From positions 1 through 61,307 of the forward strand of contig JAEZGY010000064.1 of the NCBI GenBank assembly GCA_023416695.1: 61,307 nucleotides of DNA, read 5' to 3'. Shown piece after piece: positions 46,497 through 56,071 of the stretch; position 1 is the first letter of the stretch, and each line of letters starts with the position of its first letter. Origin of the DNA: Bacillota bacterium. GTDB lineage: Bacteria > Bacillota > Clostridia > Lachnospirales > Lachnospiraceae. The notes under the pieces were generated by a model, which worked only from the letters and a program-made list of their open reading frames with translations, ran no database searches and had not been told where the DNA came from. The translations under genes and the position numbers were made by a program.

Positions 46497-47135
46497 GTGT
46501 GGTATGACAGAAGCCGGTCCTATGTACTAGGCTCAGAGTATGCATTTCGCTCTTTTCAAAAGCAAGACTATACGGTGAGAAAGGGTTCCTATGAACGCCT
46601 AATCAATCACTATTATGGGAAGAATTCCTTGTTTAAAAGGACGTTACCTCACGCAGGGAATTATGGTTTGCTGGAGTTAAATGAAGCTACTAAGGATTTG
46701 GAGATTCCTCTTCATCACCTCCTTGATGAGATGGGAGGAGATAGTGACGGGAATGCACAGGATTTTGTAGAATCCTATAATAAGTTATTGGAAAGCTTTG
46801 ATTCTCTCAATAACAACAGCTTTATCAATCGAAAGAATTGGCTGACCTCCCTTACGGATACCTATCGTAATGAACTTCACCGTGCAGGCTTTGTGATTTT
46901 AGAGGATGGTACCTTGACTGAGAAAACTGATGAGGAGCAAGCAGTTCTTGATGAGGAATCCTTTAATGAACTCTTTCAGGGAGAGAATTGCTATGGCAAC
47001 TTGTTACTTGATTGTACAGTAAAGATTGGCTATGAAGCCTTATCTACTTTGAGTCGATCACCAAAGCTTTATAGTCCTAGTGGAAGCTTTATCTATACCA
47101 TTAACACTGGAACCTTATATAATGATGTTATTTAA
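46497..47135 (+). CDS. Hypothetical protein, third gene of the XpaC-TelA cluster
   Basis: In-frame GTG start 6 nt after AAAGGAGG. The ORF-track start is a TTG that sits in the RBS itself. Confidence 0.4.
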   Translation: MWYDRSRSYVLGSEYAFRSFQKQDYTVRKGSYERLINHYYGKNSLFKRTLPHAGNYGLLELNEATKDLEIPLHHLLDEMGGDSDGNAQDFVESYNKLLESFDSLNNNSFINRKNWLTSLTDTYRNELHRAGFVILEDGTLTEKTDEEQAVLDEESFNELFQGENCYGNLLLDCTVKIGYEALSTLSRSPKLYSPSGSFIYTINTGTLYNDVI

Positions 47136-47139
47136 TAAA

Positions 47140-47182
47140 AAGAGCCTCGTAGCTAGTGTATATGCTACGAAGCTCTTTCTTG
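47140..47182. terminator. Bidirectional terminator (AAGAGCCTCGTAGC ... GCTACGAAGCTCTT)
   Basis: 14-bp stem, read directly, between convergent genes. Confidence 0.6.
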
Positions 47183-47192
47183 TTATGATATC

Positions 47193-48710
47193 CTAACAAT
47201 CTACATGATCAACAGAATCGAATTCGTCCTGAATCTCTTTACTAGGACTTTTATCCAGTAAACTTACCACTACAATTAGAAGGGAAGCAAAGATAAAGGC
47301 TGGTAGTAGTTCGTAAATAGCAAAAATACCACCTAACTTACTAATAAATAATGACCAAATGATAGAGAGGCAGCCGCCACCAACCATACCACTGATGGCA
47401 CCCTTTAAGGTAGTTCGTCTCCAAAATAGGGAGAATAAAACTAAAGGACCGAATGCAGCTCCAAACCCTGCCCAAGCATAGGACACTAAAGTAAAGACAG
47501 AGCTATTTTCATCCCAAGCAATAAGGACAGAGAAAACGGCAACGATCATAATGGTAACTTTAGAAATAATTAGCACCTGCTTATCAGTTGCATTTTTCTT
47601 TACAATTTTCTTGAATAGGTTTGTTCCTACAGAGGAAGAAACTAATAATAACTGAGAGTCTGAAGTACTCATGGTAGCTGCCAAAATACCGGATAACACA
47701 ACCCCTGCAAAAATAGGGTATAGAAGGGTATTTGTCATTAAAATAAAGATTGTCTCAGCATTTGTACTGTCTAGAGAGGTAAATACATTTTGAAGAGACA
47801 GGGATTTACCCACTAGACCTATTAGGATTGCTACAATGAGGGAGATGACCACCCAAGTCATAGCAATGATTCTTGACTTCGTTATCTCTTTGGAGTTACG
47901 AATGGCCATAAAGCGGATGAGAATATGAGGAACTCCAAAATAGCCTAAGCCCCAGGCAAGTCCAGAGAAAATATTCATTACCCCATAAGCTTGTTTTGTA
48001 CCAGTGGCTACATCATAGGAGTTTGCCACATCTAAATAGCCAGGGAGGTCTTTAAAAGAGCTTACAACATTTCCAACCCCACCAGCTTTCATAAGTCCAG
48101 CAATTAGTATAATAATGATGGATGCAAACATTAAGATTCCCTGTAAGAAGTCACTTGTGCTGGCAGCCATAAACCCTCCGATAAAGGTATAGCAAGTGAT
48201 AATTAAACCACACACAATCATGGCTCCATGGTAATCAATACCTAGTGTACTGCTAAATAGCTTACCACAGGCAGCGAAACCACTAGCTGTATATACCGTA
48301 AAGAACAGTATAATCATTAGGGAGGATATGGTCATCAGTATGTTTTTCTTATCACGAAACCGATTACTAAAGAAATCTGGAATCGTAATGGAGTTATTAC
48401 AGACTTGAGAGTACTTACGTAGTCTTTTAGCAACAAGCTTCCAATTTAGATAGGTACCAATTATAAGGCCCAATGCCGTCCAACCTGCACTACTGATTCC
48501 ACTTATATAAGCAGCACCAGGCAATCCCATTAATAACCAACTACTCATATCAGAGGCTTCTGCACTCATAGCTGTTACCCAAGGACCTAAGCTTCTGCCA
48601 CCGATAAAGTAGTCATCGGAGCTCTTGTTCTTTTTGTTATAGTAAATGCCTATGCCTATTACTAAAGCTAAATATAGACTCATTGCAAATAGTTTTAATG
48701 CAAAATCCAA
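47193..48710 (-). CDS. putP: Sodium:solute symporter (SSS family), PutP-like proline permease
   Basis: 13-TM SSS pattern. TTG start 7 nt after AAGGAGG. Confidence 0.8.
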   Translation of the reverse strand: MDFALKLFAMSLYLALVIGIGIYYNKKNKSSDDYFIGGRSLGPWVTAMSAEASDMSSWLLMGLPGAAYISGISSAGWTALGLIIGTYLNWKLVAKRLRKYSQVCNNSITIPDFFSNRFRDKKNILMTISSLMIILFFTVYTASGFAACGKLFSSTLGIDYHGAMIVCGLIITCYTFIGGFMAASTSDFLQGILMFASIIIILIAGLMKAGGVGNVVSSFKDLPGYLDVANSYDVATGTKQAYGVMNIFSGLAWGLGYFGVPHILIRFMAIRNSKEITKSRIIAMTWVVISLIVAILIGLVGKSLSLQNVFTSLDSTNAETIFILMTNTLLYPIFAGVVLSGILAATMSTSDSQLLLVSSSVGTNLFKKIVKKNATDKQVLIISKVTIMIVAVFSVLIAWDENSSVFTLVSYAWAGFGAAFGPLVLFSLFWRRTTLKGAISGMVGGGCLSIIWSLFISKLGGIFAIYELLPAFIFASLLIVVVSLLDKSPSKEIQDEFDSVDHVDC

Positions 48711-48735
48711 TGTTTTACCTCCTTAAAATTAAATT

Positions 48736-48783
48736 TAAAGCCTATTGTGTTTAAATATTTAATTCTAAACACAATAGGCTTTA
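48736..48783 (-). promoter_or_regulatory. Perfect 18-bp inverted repeat (12-nt loop) in the putP 5' leader, followed by a U-rich stretch and the RBS
   Basis: TAAAGCCTATTGTGTTTA and its reverse complement TAAACACAATAGGCTTTA, read directly. Confidence 0.35.
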
Positions 48784-48862
48784 TTCTACTATAAATTATG
48801 TAAAATTTCAAGGAATTGACTACATTTATCTAATGAATTAATACAATTTATCTCATGCAGAG

Positions 48863-48901
48863 CTAATAAAAAAGAAGTCCTAGACCGTGCTAAGACTTCT
48901 T
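48863..48901 (-). terminator. Terminator of the ABC-2 operon (AAGAAGTC ... GACTTCTT + U-tract on minus)
   Basis: Read directly. Confidence 0.5.
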
Positions 48902-48907
48902 TCTCTA

Positions 48908-49696
48908 TTATGATAAATTCAAATGATTCTTACAAATCTTATTCACAAGAGCAATACTAACTAGGACAAACCCTATATTAAGTAGTGCGGATAATCCATA
49001 GAAGGAAGAAGGTAGTTGTGAAGCAGCTAAATCATAATCGGTTATCTTATAGTATATCAGGGATATAATGGATGATAATATGCTATTTATGATGGTAATA
49101 ATAAAGTAGGATAGAATACTTCCTGCAATCTTATGTCTTGGCATCATTACTTGTCCAAAAGCTACAGCTAGATAGATAAAGCATATCGTAGATAGAACAC
49201 CAACGATATAGTTCACTATGAAGATGACAAATTGAAGAATTTCTCCATCAAATAGAAGATCAAAAATATTGTACCCCATTAGATTCCAAAGTTCTTTTAA
49301 TGTATCAAGAGTAGAGGTGTTAAATAGCATAATTGCAACAGAAGCACCAATGACTACCATACTACCTATTATCCATGTCATACCCACAATAATCTTTGAA
49401 ATAATCAGCTTAAGTGGGGATACTGGTAAGGTAAACATGAGATAGCCTTCATCTGTAAACAAATTCTTATAAAATCGGAATAGAATAAATATTAAGGTAG
49501 CAAAGTATAGTCCAATACAGGATAACACGATGGTAACGGTAAACATTCCAGATAATACACTTAACACAACATTACGAGAAAAGTCTAAGGCATAAAGTAA
49601 CCTATTAATGAATGCTAATCCTATTACAATGAGATATAGAATTAAATATAGCTTATAGGTGGCACGATATTCGTATTTTAATAATTTCTTTAACAT
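48908..49696 (-). CDS. ABC-2 type exporter permease
   Basis: Six-TM protein, translationally coupled (8-nt overlap) to the upstream ATPase. Confidence 0.6.
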   Translation of the reverse strand: MLKKLLKYEYRATYKLYLILYLIVIGLAFINRLLYALDFSRNVVLSVLSGMFTVTIVLSCIGLYFATLIFILFRFYKNLFTDEGYLMFTLPVSPLKLIISKIIVGMTWIIGSMVVIGASVAIMLFNTSTLDTLKELWNLMGYNIFDLLFDGEILQFVIFIVNYIVGVLSTICFIYLAVAFGQVMMPRHKIAGSILSYFIITIINSILSSIISLIYYKITDYDLAASQLPSSFYGLSALLNIGFVLVSIALVNKICKNHLNLS

Positions 49697-50388
49697 CTAA
49701 ACACCTCCCTGAAGTACGCATCAATGGTTTTACCTTCTTGCTTACGAATCTGTTCAGCAGGTGCATATAATCTGATATTACCATTTTGTATAAAGATGGC
49801 ATCATCAAGAATAGTCTCAATGTCTTGAATTAGGTGTGTGGAAATTAGAATAGTTGAATTGCGGTTATAGTTAGTTAAGATAGTGTTCAGTATGTAATCT
49901 CTTGCAGCAGGATCAACTCCTCCAATCGGTTCATCCAAGCAGTAGAGCTGTGCTTCACGGCTCATAACAAGAATTAATTGTACCTTTTCCTTGTTACCTT
50001 TGGATAAGGTCTTTAGGTTGGAGTCTGGATTTAAATTTAATCGGTATAGCATCTCTCCAGCTTTGTTACGGTCAAAATCTGAATAGAAATCATTGAAAAA
50101 GTCTACGATGCTTCGTATGGTTAAATTATCAGGTAAGTAGGTACGCTCTGGTAGGTAGCTAACTGCTAAACGACTCTGTTCCCCAGGCTTTACTCCATTA
50201 ATAAGAAGTGTTCCAGTATCAGGTACTAATAAACCATTAATCAATTTAAGAAACGTGGATTTGCCACTTCCATTAGGACCTAGAAGTCCAATAATACGGC
50301 CACGGTTAAAAGTCAAATTCACATTATTCAGTGCCATAAAGCCACTATAAGACTTGGTTAGGCCGCGACATTCTAAAATGGGTTCCAT
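49690..50388 (-). CDS. ABC transporter ATP-binding protein
   Basis: GPNGSGKST, LSKGNKEK, CLDEP; AAGGAG RBS. Confidence 0.85.
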   Translation of the reverse strand: MEPILECRGLTKSYSGFMALNNVNLTFNRGRIIGLLGPNGSGKSTFLKLINGLLVPDTGTLLINGVKPGEQSRLAVSYLPERTYLPDNLTIRSIVDFFNDFYSDFDRNKAGEMLYRLNLNPDSNLKTLSKGNKEKVQLILVMSREAQLYCLDEPIGGVDPAARDYILNTILTNYNRNSTILISTHLIQDIETILDDAIFIQNGNIRLYAPAEQIRKQEGKTIDAYFREVFRC

Positions 50389-50644
50389 AGTTTACTCCTT
50401 TTCTTTATAGATTTACTCCTTGTGTGCTGTAATAAATATACAACCAAAAAAATTATATCATAAGGAACCATCCTTTTCTACAAACTTATATTAAGGTTTC
50501 TTAAGAATTTCTAACAAATTTATCTAAATATTGAATTATAATAAAGTTATGAGGGGCAAGTTAGAATAAACCTTGCGTGAAATTAAAAATGGTTTACAAT
50601 AGAGATTAATAGAAGTATTAAGCAATATGTATTAGGAGGGTATC

Positions 50645-51400
50645 ATGGCTATAGTTGAGATACAGGGTGTTAAAATTGGCAAAGGTATGCCTAAAATCTG
50701 TGTTCCACTGGTAGGAGAGACCAATCAGGAGTTAATAGCTCAAGCTATGAAAGCAAGTCAGTGTGATTGTGACTTGGTAGAGTTAAGAATTGACCACTAT
50801 GAGGAGATAAAAAAAACAGATCGTGTCATAGAGGTACTACATAGGATAAGAGAATGTGTTAGTGTCCCTATCATGTTTACCTTTCGGACCTATGAGGAGG
50901 GTGGAAAAGTGTGTATTTCTAATGAAGATTACACTAATCTATATCAGAATGTAATTGAGGATGGAGCAGTAGATCTTGTGGATTTACAGCTTCTTTTAGG
51001 GGAAGAGATGGTATGCCCTCTTATAGAAATGGCCAAACAAAAGGGAATTAAAGTAGTACTAAGTAATCATGATTTTAAGAAAACCCCTGATACCAAGGAA
51101 ATGATAGAAAGGCTACTTAGAATGCAGGAGTTTGGAGCTGACATTGTAAAGATTGCAGTAATGCCAGAGGAAAAGCAGGATGTATTACGGTTAATGGAAG
51201 CTGTTATGTATGTTAATGAGAACTCAAATATTACTCCTGTAGTGGGTATAAGTATGGGAGAAATGGGGATGCCAAGTCGTATCTTAGGTCACTGGTTTGG
51301 CTCAGCCATAACCTTTGGAGTAGTCGATAAGTCCTCGGCACCAGGTCAGCTTTCTATTAAGGAACTACGTCAATTATTGGAGTTACAAAAGGATAATTAA
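50645..51400 (+). CDS. aroD: 3-dehydroquinate dehydratase, type I
   Basis: PKICVPLVG...ELRIDHY...KIAVMP is the AroD type I pattern. Confidence 0.8.
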   Translation: MAIVEIQGVKIGKGMPKICVPLVGETNQELIAQAMKASQCDCDLVELRIDHYEEIKKTDRVIEVLHRIRECVSVPIMFTFRTYEEGGKVCISNEDYTNLYQNVIEDGAVDLVDLQLLLGEEMVCPLIEMAKQKGIKVVLSNHDFKKTPDTKEMIERLLRMQEFGADIVKIAVMPEEKQDVLRLMEAVMYVNENSNITPVVGISMGEMGMPSRILGHWFGSAITFGVVDKSSAPGQLSIKELRQLLELQKDN

Positions 51401-51407
51401 GGGTAGA

Positions 51408-51436
51408 GAAAAAGCGCTTTTACAGCGCTTTTTTTA
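51408..51436. terminator. Bidirectional terminator AAAGCGCT-tttac-AGCGCTTT flanked by A and T runs
   Basis: Read directly. Confidence 0.6.
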
Positions 51437-51932
51437 ATATTTCTTCAATCTCACAAATATATAAGTAATGGAAATCCTTTTCTGGATAAAATTTATCGAT
51501 AATACTTTGATCTAAAAAGCTATCCTCGGTATAGCGTTGCTTAAATAATTTCTTTACCTTAATGACAAGGTTCCCCTCTTCAAAATAAGGGTAGCCATCC
51601 TTACTTACAATAGTCAATCCCGCCTTACTTATTTTATCCTCATTCCTACCGGATACTGTTCCTAGGTAGCCAAGTTCCTTTTTATAATCATCTGGGAAAA
51701 AGGTTAGAGTAAAGCCATCCGCTGCGTCAACAAACTCTCTAGTAAAACGCTGTGGTCTAATCACTACATATGCTACAGGTTTACCCCACATAATGCCAAA
51801 CCCACCCCAGGAAGCAGTCATGGTGTTTACTTTGTCGTTATTCTGGGCAGTGACAAGCATCCAGTCACTACCGATTAATTGGAAGGTGTTTTCCGTTACT
51901 TCTTGAGGCTTTATAACTTGATAAGTGTTCAT
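51420..51932 (-). CDS. Flavin reductase-like (FMN-binding split-barrel) protein
   Basis: LIGSDWMLVTA...NTMTASWGGFG motif. AAGGAGGA RBS before ATG 51932. The track start is a TTG inside the RBS. Confidence 0.7.
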   Translation of the reverse strand: MNTYQVIKPQEVTENTFQLIGSDWMLVTAQNNDKVNTMTASWGGFGIMWGKPVAYVVIRPQRFTREFVDAADGFTLTFFPDDYKKELGYLGTVSGRNEDKISKAGLTIVSKDGYPYFEEGNLVIKVKKLFKQRYTEDSFLDQSIIDKFYPEKDFHYLYICEIEEILKKAL

Positions 51933-52133
51933 TTTATATCCTCCTTGTTTCAAAGGGATTCCCCATATTCTATTGTATGATATTAGGTAAGGGAAGAACC
52001 CTAGTTATTTATTTTATTATATGTAACCTAAATTATCCTGTCAAATAGGAGGGAGAATGTGCTATAATTCACTTTTGTTTACCTATATAATATGATATAC
52101 TGAGAGGGATTTGTAAGAAAGAGGTTATAAACT

Positions 52134-52796
52134 ATGAATCAGACGATTAATTATCAAAAGAAACTAGATCAATTAATAGATGGTTTTCAAAAAGAAAATA
52201 GAGTTCCTACGTTATTACTTCATAGCTGCTGTGGTCCATGTAGTAGTTACTGTTTGGAATATCTTTCTCAATATTTTAATATTACCATCTTTTTTTATAA
52301 TCCTAATATTTCTCCAGCATCAGAGTATGAGCGAAGAGCAAATGAGCAGCAAAGGTTAATTGAAGAGCTTGATGCGTTGCACCCTATAAAATTTCGCCTT
52401 GGCAATTATGATGCTGACCGTTTTTATGCTATGGCAAAGGGATTAGAAAAGGAACCAGAGGGTGGAAAGAGATGCTTTGGCTGTTATGAATTACGGCTAA
52501 GAGAAGCAGCTATTGCTTGTAAGGAGTTAGGCATTGATTATTTTACCACTACTTTATCTATCAGTCCTCATAAAAATGCTGTAAAGCTAAATGAGATTGG
52601 TGAAGCAGTAGGAAAGGAATATGGTGTCACCTATTTGCCATCGGATTTTAAAAAGAAGAATGGTTATAAGCGTTCCGTGGAACTGTCAAAGGAACATCAT
52701 TTATATCGTCAGGATTACTGTGGTTGTGTGTATTCCAAGCTGGAGGCCGAGCAAAGAATAAAGGAACAAGAGATTACTAAAGGTGTAAAGGAGTAG
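52134..52796 (+). CDS. queH: Epoxyqueuosine reductase QueH (DUF208)
   Basis: LLLHSCCGPCSSY and CFGCYELR cysteine clusters. Confidence 0.8.
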   Translation: MNQTINYQKKLDQLIDGFQKENRVPTLLLHSCCGPCSSYCLEYLSQYFNITIFFYNPNISPASEYERRANEQQRLIEELDALHPIKFRLGNYDADRFYAMAKGLEKEPEGGKRCFGCYELRLREAAIACKELGIDYFTTTLSISPHKNAVKLNEIGEAVGKEYGVTYLPSDFKKKNGYKRSVELSKEHHLYRQDYCGCVYSKLEAEQRIKEQEITKGVKE

Positions 52797-52800
52797 GAAG

Positions 52801-53013
52801 ATGACCTGTAAGCATTGTGGAAGTCAAAATTGTATGTTGATTCAGGAAAGTGAATCACAAAGTAAAGGATTTGGTGTTTGCAAAAGTCTGTGTGGATATT
52901 TTGTATTAGGACCAATTGGATTGCTATGTGGTTTATGTGGGATGGGAAAAGGAAAAACAACAACGAAACATTACTGGATCTGTAATAGTTGTGGCCACAA
53001 ATTTAGAGCCTAA
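52801..53013 (+). CDS. Small split zinc-ribbon protein with a central hydrophobic GxxxG segment
   Basis: CKHCGS...(hydrophobic LGPIGLLCGLCGMG)...CNSCGH. Starts 5 nt after queH. Confidence 0.45.
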   Translation: MTCKHCGSQNCMLIQESESQSKGFGVCKSLCGYFVLGPIGLLCGLCGMGKGKTTTKHYWICNSCGHKFRA

Positions 53014-53053
53014 GATACTAGAAAGTATTACTTGGTTGTAAGAGGAGTAGGCT

Positions 53054-53476
53054 ATGAAAGAAGAATCTCATGATAGAAAACAGATACAACATCATAACCA
53101 TAACCATAGCCAGATGGATAGATGGATTCGTTTCATGGAACTTGGAGCGAAAACTGGTTGTCATCAGATGCCGGAGAGAAGCTTTACAGTAAAAGGCTAT
53201 CAGTTCCCAATATGCGCGAGATGCTGTGGAGTATTTCTAGGCTATTTTGTGGCGCCCATAGCATATGTAAAGCTGGGGGTTCATAGATTAAAGAACTTTG
53301 CTTTTGCTGGCTTACTACTTATGTTTTTAGATTGGTTGTTGCAAGCGATTCACATTAAGGAGTCTAATAATAGTAGAAGGCTAATAACTGGTATAGCAGG
53401 TGGTTTTGGTAGCATGGTGATTTTCTTAAAGTTATTAGGTGTTGTTGTCTATAGAATCAAAAAATGGGTCCATTAA
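53054..53476 (+). CDS. DUF2085 family membrane protein
   Basis: CHQMPERSF...FPICARCCG motif. Confidence 0.65.
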   Translation: MKEESHDRKQIQHHNHNHSQMDRWIRFMELGAKTGCHQMPERSFTVKGYQFPICARCCGVFLGYFVAPIAYVKLGVHRLKNFAFAGLLLMFLDWLLQAIHIKESNNSRRLITGIAGGFGSMVIFLKLLGVVVYRIKKWVH

Positions 53477-53538
53477 TATAAAAAGGGAGTGCCTCTTTCT
53501 AGCTGCAAAGTAGTTAGAAGTGGCACTCTCTTTATTAA

Positions 53539-55521
53539 TTACAGTTCAGTATTTTCAATGACATCCTGTTTTTCTACAACTTCCTCAGATTTTATAGCGA
53601 CTCCTAATTTATCTAAGGTGATAAATTTTAAAAGACTATCCAAAATGGTACTATTGCCACCGTCTTTGTTATCTCCCATATTTACAACAGTTTTTGGAAC
53701 TAGATCGATATGGCTATTCTTAATGGCATCTGATAATTTATCTGTAACTTCCTGAATCACTCGGTATTCAGCACCACCATAAGCTTTTACCTGTGCATCA
53801 ATCGCTTGAGCTCTTGCTAGACCAACGCTAGATTCCTTGGAAGCCTCTGCATTACCTTCAAGTTTAATCTTTTCTGCATTTGCTTTTGCAATGGAAACAA
53901 TCTGGTTAGCTTCTTGTTCTGCCCTCTTAGCCAAAGCAGCACCGCTATTGCCTTCAATTTCAATTTGAATCTTAGATTTTGTAAGGGATCCCTGTTGCTC
54001 GGCAACGGCTTGTGCTTCACGAAGGGACTTTTCACTTTCTGCAGCAGATTGTTGTTTCTGGTAAGTTACTTTCTTTTCTTCTGCAATTTGTCGTTCACGA
54101 AGCTGGGTTAGAATGTTTTCAATCTGTGTATCTCCAGAGACTGTCTTTGGTGTACCAATCAATACTTCTTCTAGTTGAAGGTTATATTTTTGGAATTTAT
54201 CCTTCATTTCCTTAACAGCTTTTTCACGAATGTCACTACGTTCTTGAATCAACTCTATTAATGTTTTCGTCTGAGCAACATCCTTAAAATATGCACTTAC
54301 TAATGGATCAAGGGATTGATTTACTAGCATACTGATGTCACCAAATCTTTGTATTACCCATGGAGCTTGCTTGTAATCGATATGCATAACTACGGACAAA
54401 GGAAGGGATGGCTCAAAAGCATCCTTTGTTATTATGTCAACCTCAGTAAGGTTTTCATCGTACTTATGAGCACCAATCTCAGATTTGTTCCATTTGAGAA
54501 TGATGTTAGTAGTAGGAACTAAGACAACTTTACCAGCATCTGTATTAAAAGCATACTTACCTGGCATCAAAGGCTTTTCAAGAACACCCTTGCAGCCTTC
54601 ACCAACTAACTCTCCATGTCTGTAATCACTTCCTGTTGTATCAACACCTGCGGCGCCAAAGAAAGATACTACAACGCCAACAAAACCAATGGGAACCACT
54701 GTTTTAGGTCTAAGCTCTATGGTTGCAAATAAGCGATTGATATAGTAGGTACCATCTATTAATACTTGCAACTGTTTACCGCGTTTTCCGCCAAGCTCTA
54801 GGAATTTTTCAGGATCTTGGAAGCTTGCATGTTCTGGTCCCATATCAGGAGCAATAATCTCACCATTGGCTAAGGATTGACCATCATGAACAGTCACAAT
54901 ACCCATCATATCACTTTCCTGTCCGCTATTGCCCATAATGACGATTGGACGAAATGCATCTCGTGCCCCTAAAGTTGCTTGCATTGTGGCTAAAGCCTGC
55001 CTCTCGCTGGCATTCCCCATACCAATGGTTTTAATATCTGTCGGTGTTATAATAACAAACTGAGCTAAGTTGATTGCATAGGTACCTTCTCTTAAGATCC
55101 CTCTTTGAGGTCCTCTTTGGCCACCATTTTGTATAAATCCTTTTACATCCTGAAAGTTATTGGCTTCCTTTACTACTTTACCTAGGGTTTGAACTGGGTT
55201 TAATGGCTCACCATCTCTTGCAAAGATGTATGCAATCTGGCCTTGTGGAATAGTAATTAGCGGATACTTATGAACCTTAAACATGAGAGCTGATTTAAGA
55301 TGCATACCACCACGTAGTACATTTGGTTGATATCCTGCTTCTTTGTTTAGAGCAATAATGGAATCTTTTAAAGAACCTTTAAAGCTCCACCATTTCTCAA
55401 CCACTGCTACTTCATTGGAAGCGATAACACGTAAACCTAAGATTACGAAGATGAATAAATATAATACTAATAATCCTCCTAGTACTAATAAAATAATAGG
55501 TAAAGCTTCTTCGAAACTCAT
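53539..55521 (-). CDS. Flotillin-like SPFH (band 7) domain protein
   Basis: N-terminal TM, SPFH domain, and a long EA/AQ-rich coiled-coil C-terminus. Confidence 0.8.
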   Translation of the reverse strand: MSFEEALPIILLVLGGLLVLYLFIFVILGLRVIASNEVAVVEKWWSFKGSLKDSIIALNKEAGYQPNVLRGGMHLKSALMFKVHKYPLITIPQGQIAYIFARDGEPLNPVQTLGKVVKEANNFQDVKGFIQNGGQRGPQRGILREGTYAINLAQFVIITPTDIKTIGMGNASERQALATMQATLGARDAFRPIVIMGNSGQESDMMGIVTVHDGQSLANGEIIAPDMGPEHASFQDPEKFLELGGKRGKQLQVLIDGTYYINRLFATIELRPKTVVPIGFVGVVVSFFGAAGVDTTGSDYRHGELVGEGCKGVLEKPLMPGKYAFNTDAGKVVLVPTTNIILKWNKSEIGAHKYDENLTEVDIITKDAFEPSLPLSVVMHIDYKQAPWVIQRFGDISMLVNQSLDPLVSAYFKDVAQTKTLIELIQERSDIREKAVKEMKDKFQKYNLQLEEVLIGTPKTVSGDTQIENILTQLRERQIAEEKKVTYQKQQSAAESEKSLREAQAVAEQQGSLTKSKIQIEIEGNSGAALAKRAEQEANQIVSIAKANAEKIKLEGNAEASKESSVGLARAQAIDAQVKAYGGAEYRVIQEVTDKLSDAIKNSHIDLVPKTVVNMGDNKDGGNSTILDSLLKFITLDKLGVAIKSEEVVEKQDVIENTEL

Positions 55522-55718
55522 TTTAATTTCCTTCTTTCTATGTATTATTTACATACTATCTCACAAAACTTTTTTCATAGGTACAATAATTTTATAATTT
55601 ACATAGCGTAATTATACCTTAAATTTACAAAGTATACCATTAATTTTTGATTATAAATGGTGGTATAGGAGTTAGTAATTATTAGCCTAGATAGAGGGAT
55701 TAGTACATAAATTCAATG

Positions 55719-55775
55719 TTGACATACAATAAACGGAAGGGTATAATGATGTAATACAAATGATAATTATTCTCA
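55719..55775 (+). promoter_or_regulatory. Consensus SigA promoter (TTGACA-17-TATAAT) with overlapping Fur boxes (TGATAATtATTcTCA at 55761-55775, ATAATGATgtAAT at 55742) upstream of feoAB
   Basis: Read directly. 13/14 match to the 7-1-7 Fur consensus TGATAATnATTATCA. Confidence 0.5.
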
Positions 55776-55844
55776 ATAAGAAATAATAAAGGAAATCTAC
55801 ATAACAAAGATAAAACGAAGTATATGTGAAAGAGGGCTTAACCG

Positions 55845-56066
55845 ATGACAGTTAGAGACGGAAAAAAAGGGAGCAGTTATTTGGTTCAGAACATGAACTT
55901 GGAAAATGAGATTGCCTATCGATTACAAGCATTAGGGCTTACAGAGGGAACGAAAATAACTATTTTGAATAATAAACGACGTGGAGCAGTAATATTTAGA
56001 GTAAGAGGAACTAGACTGGCTGTTGGAAAAGCAATTGCTATGGCCATTGAAATACAGGAGGCGTAA
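55845..56066 (+). CDS. feoA: Ferrous iron transport protein FeoA
   Basis: 73-aa SH3-like protein immediately upstream of feoB. Confidence 0.8.
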   Translation: MTVRDGKKGSSYLVQNMNLENEIAYRLQALGLTEGTKITILNNKRRGAVIFRVRGTRLAVGKAIAMAIEIQEA

Positions 56067-56071
56067 GAGGC

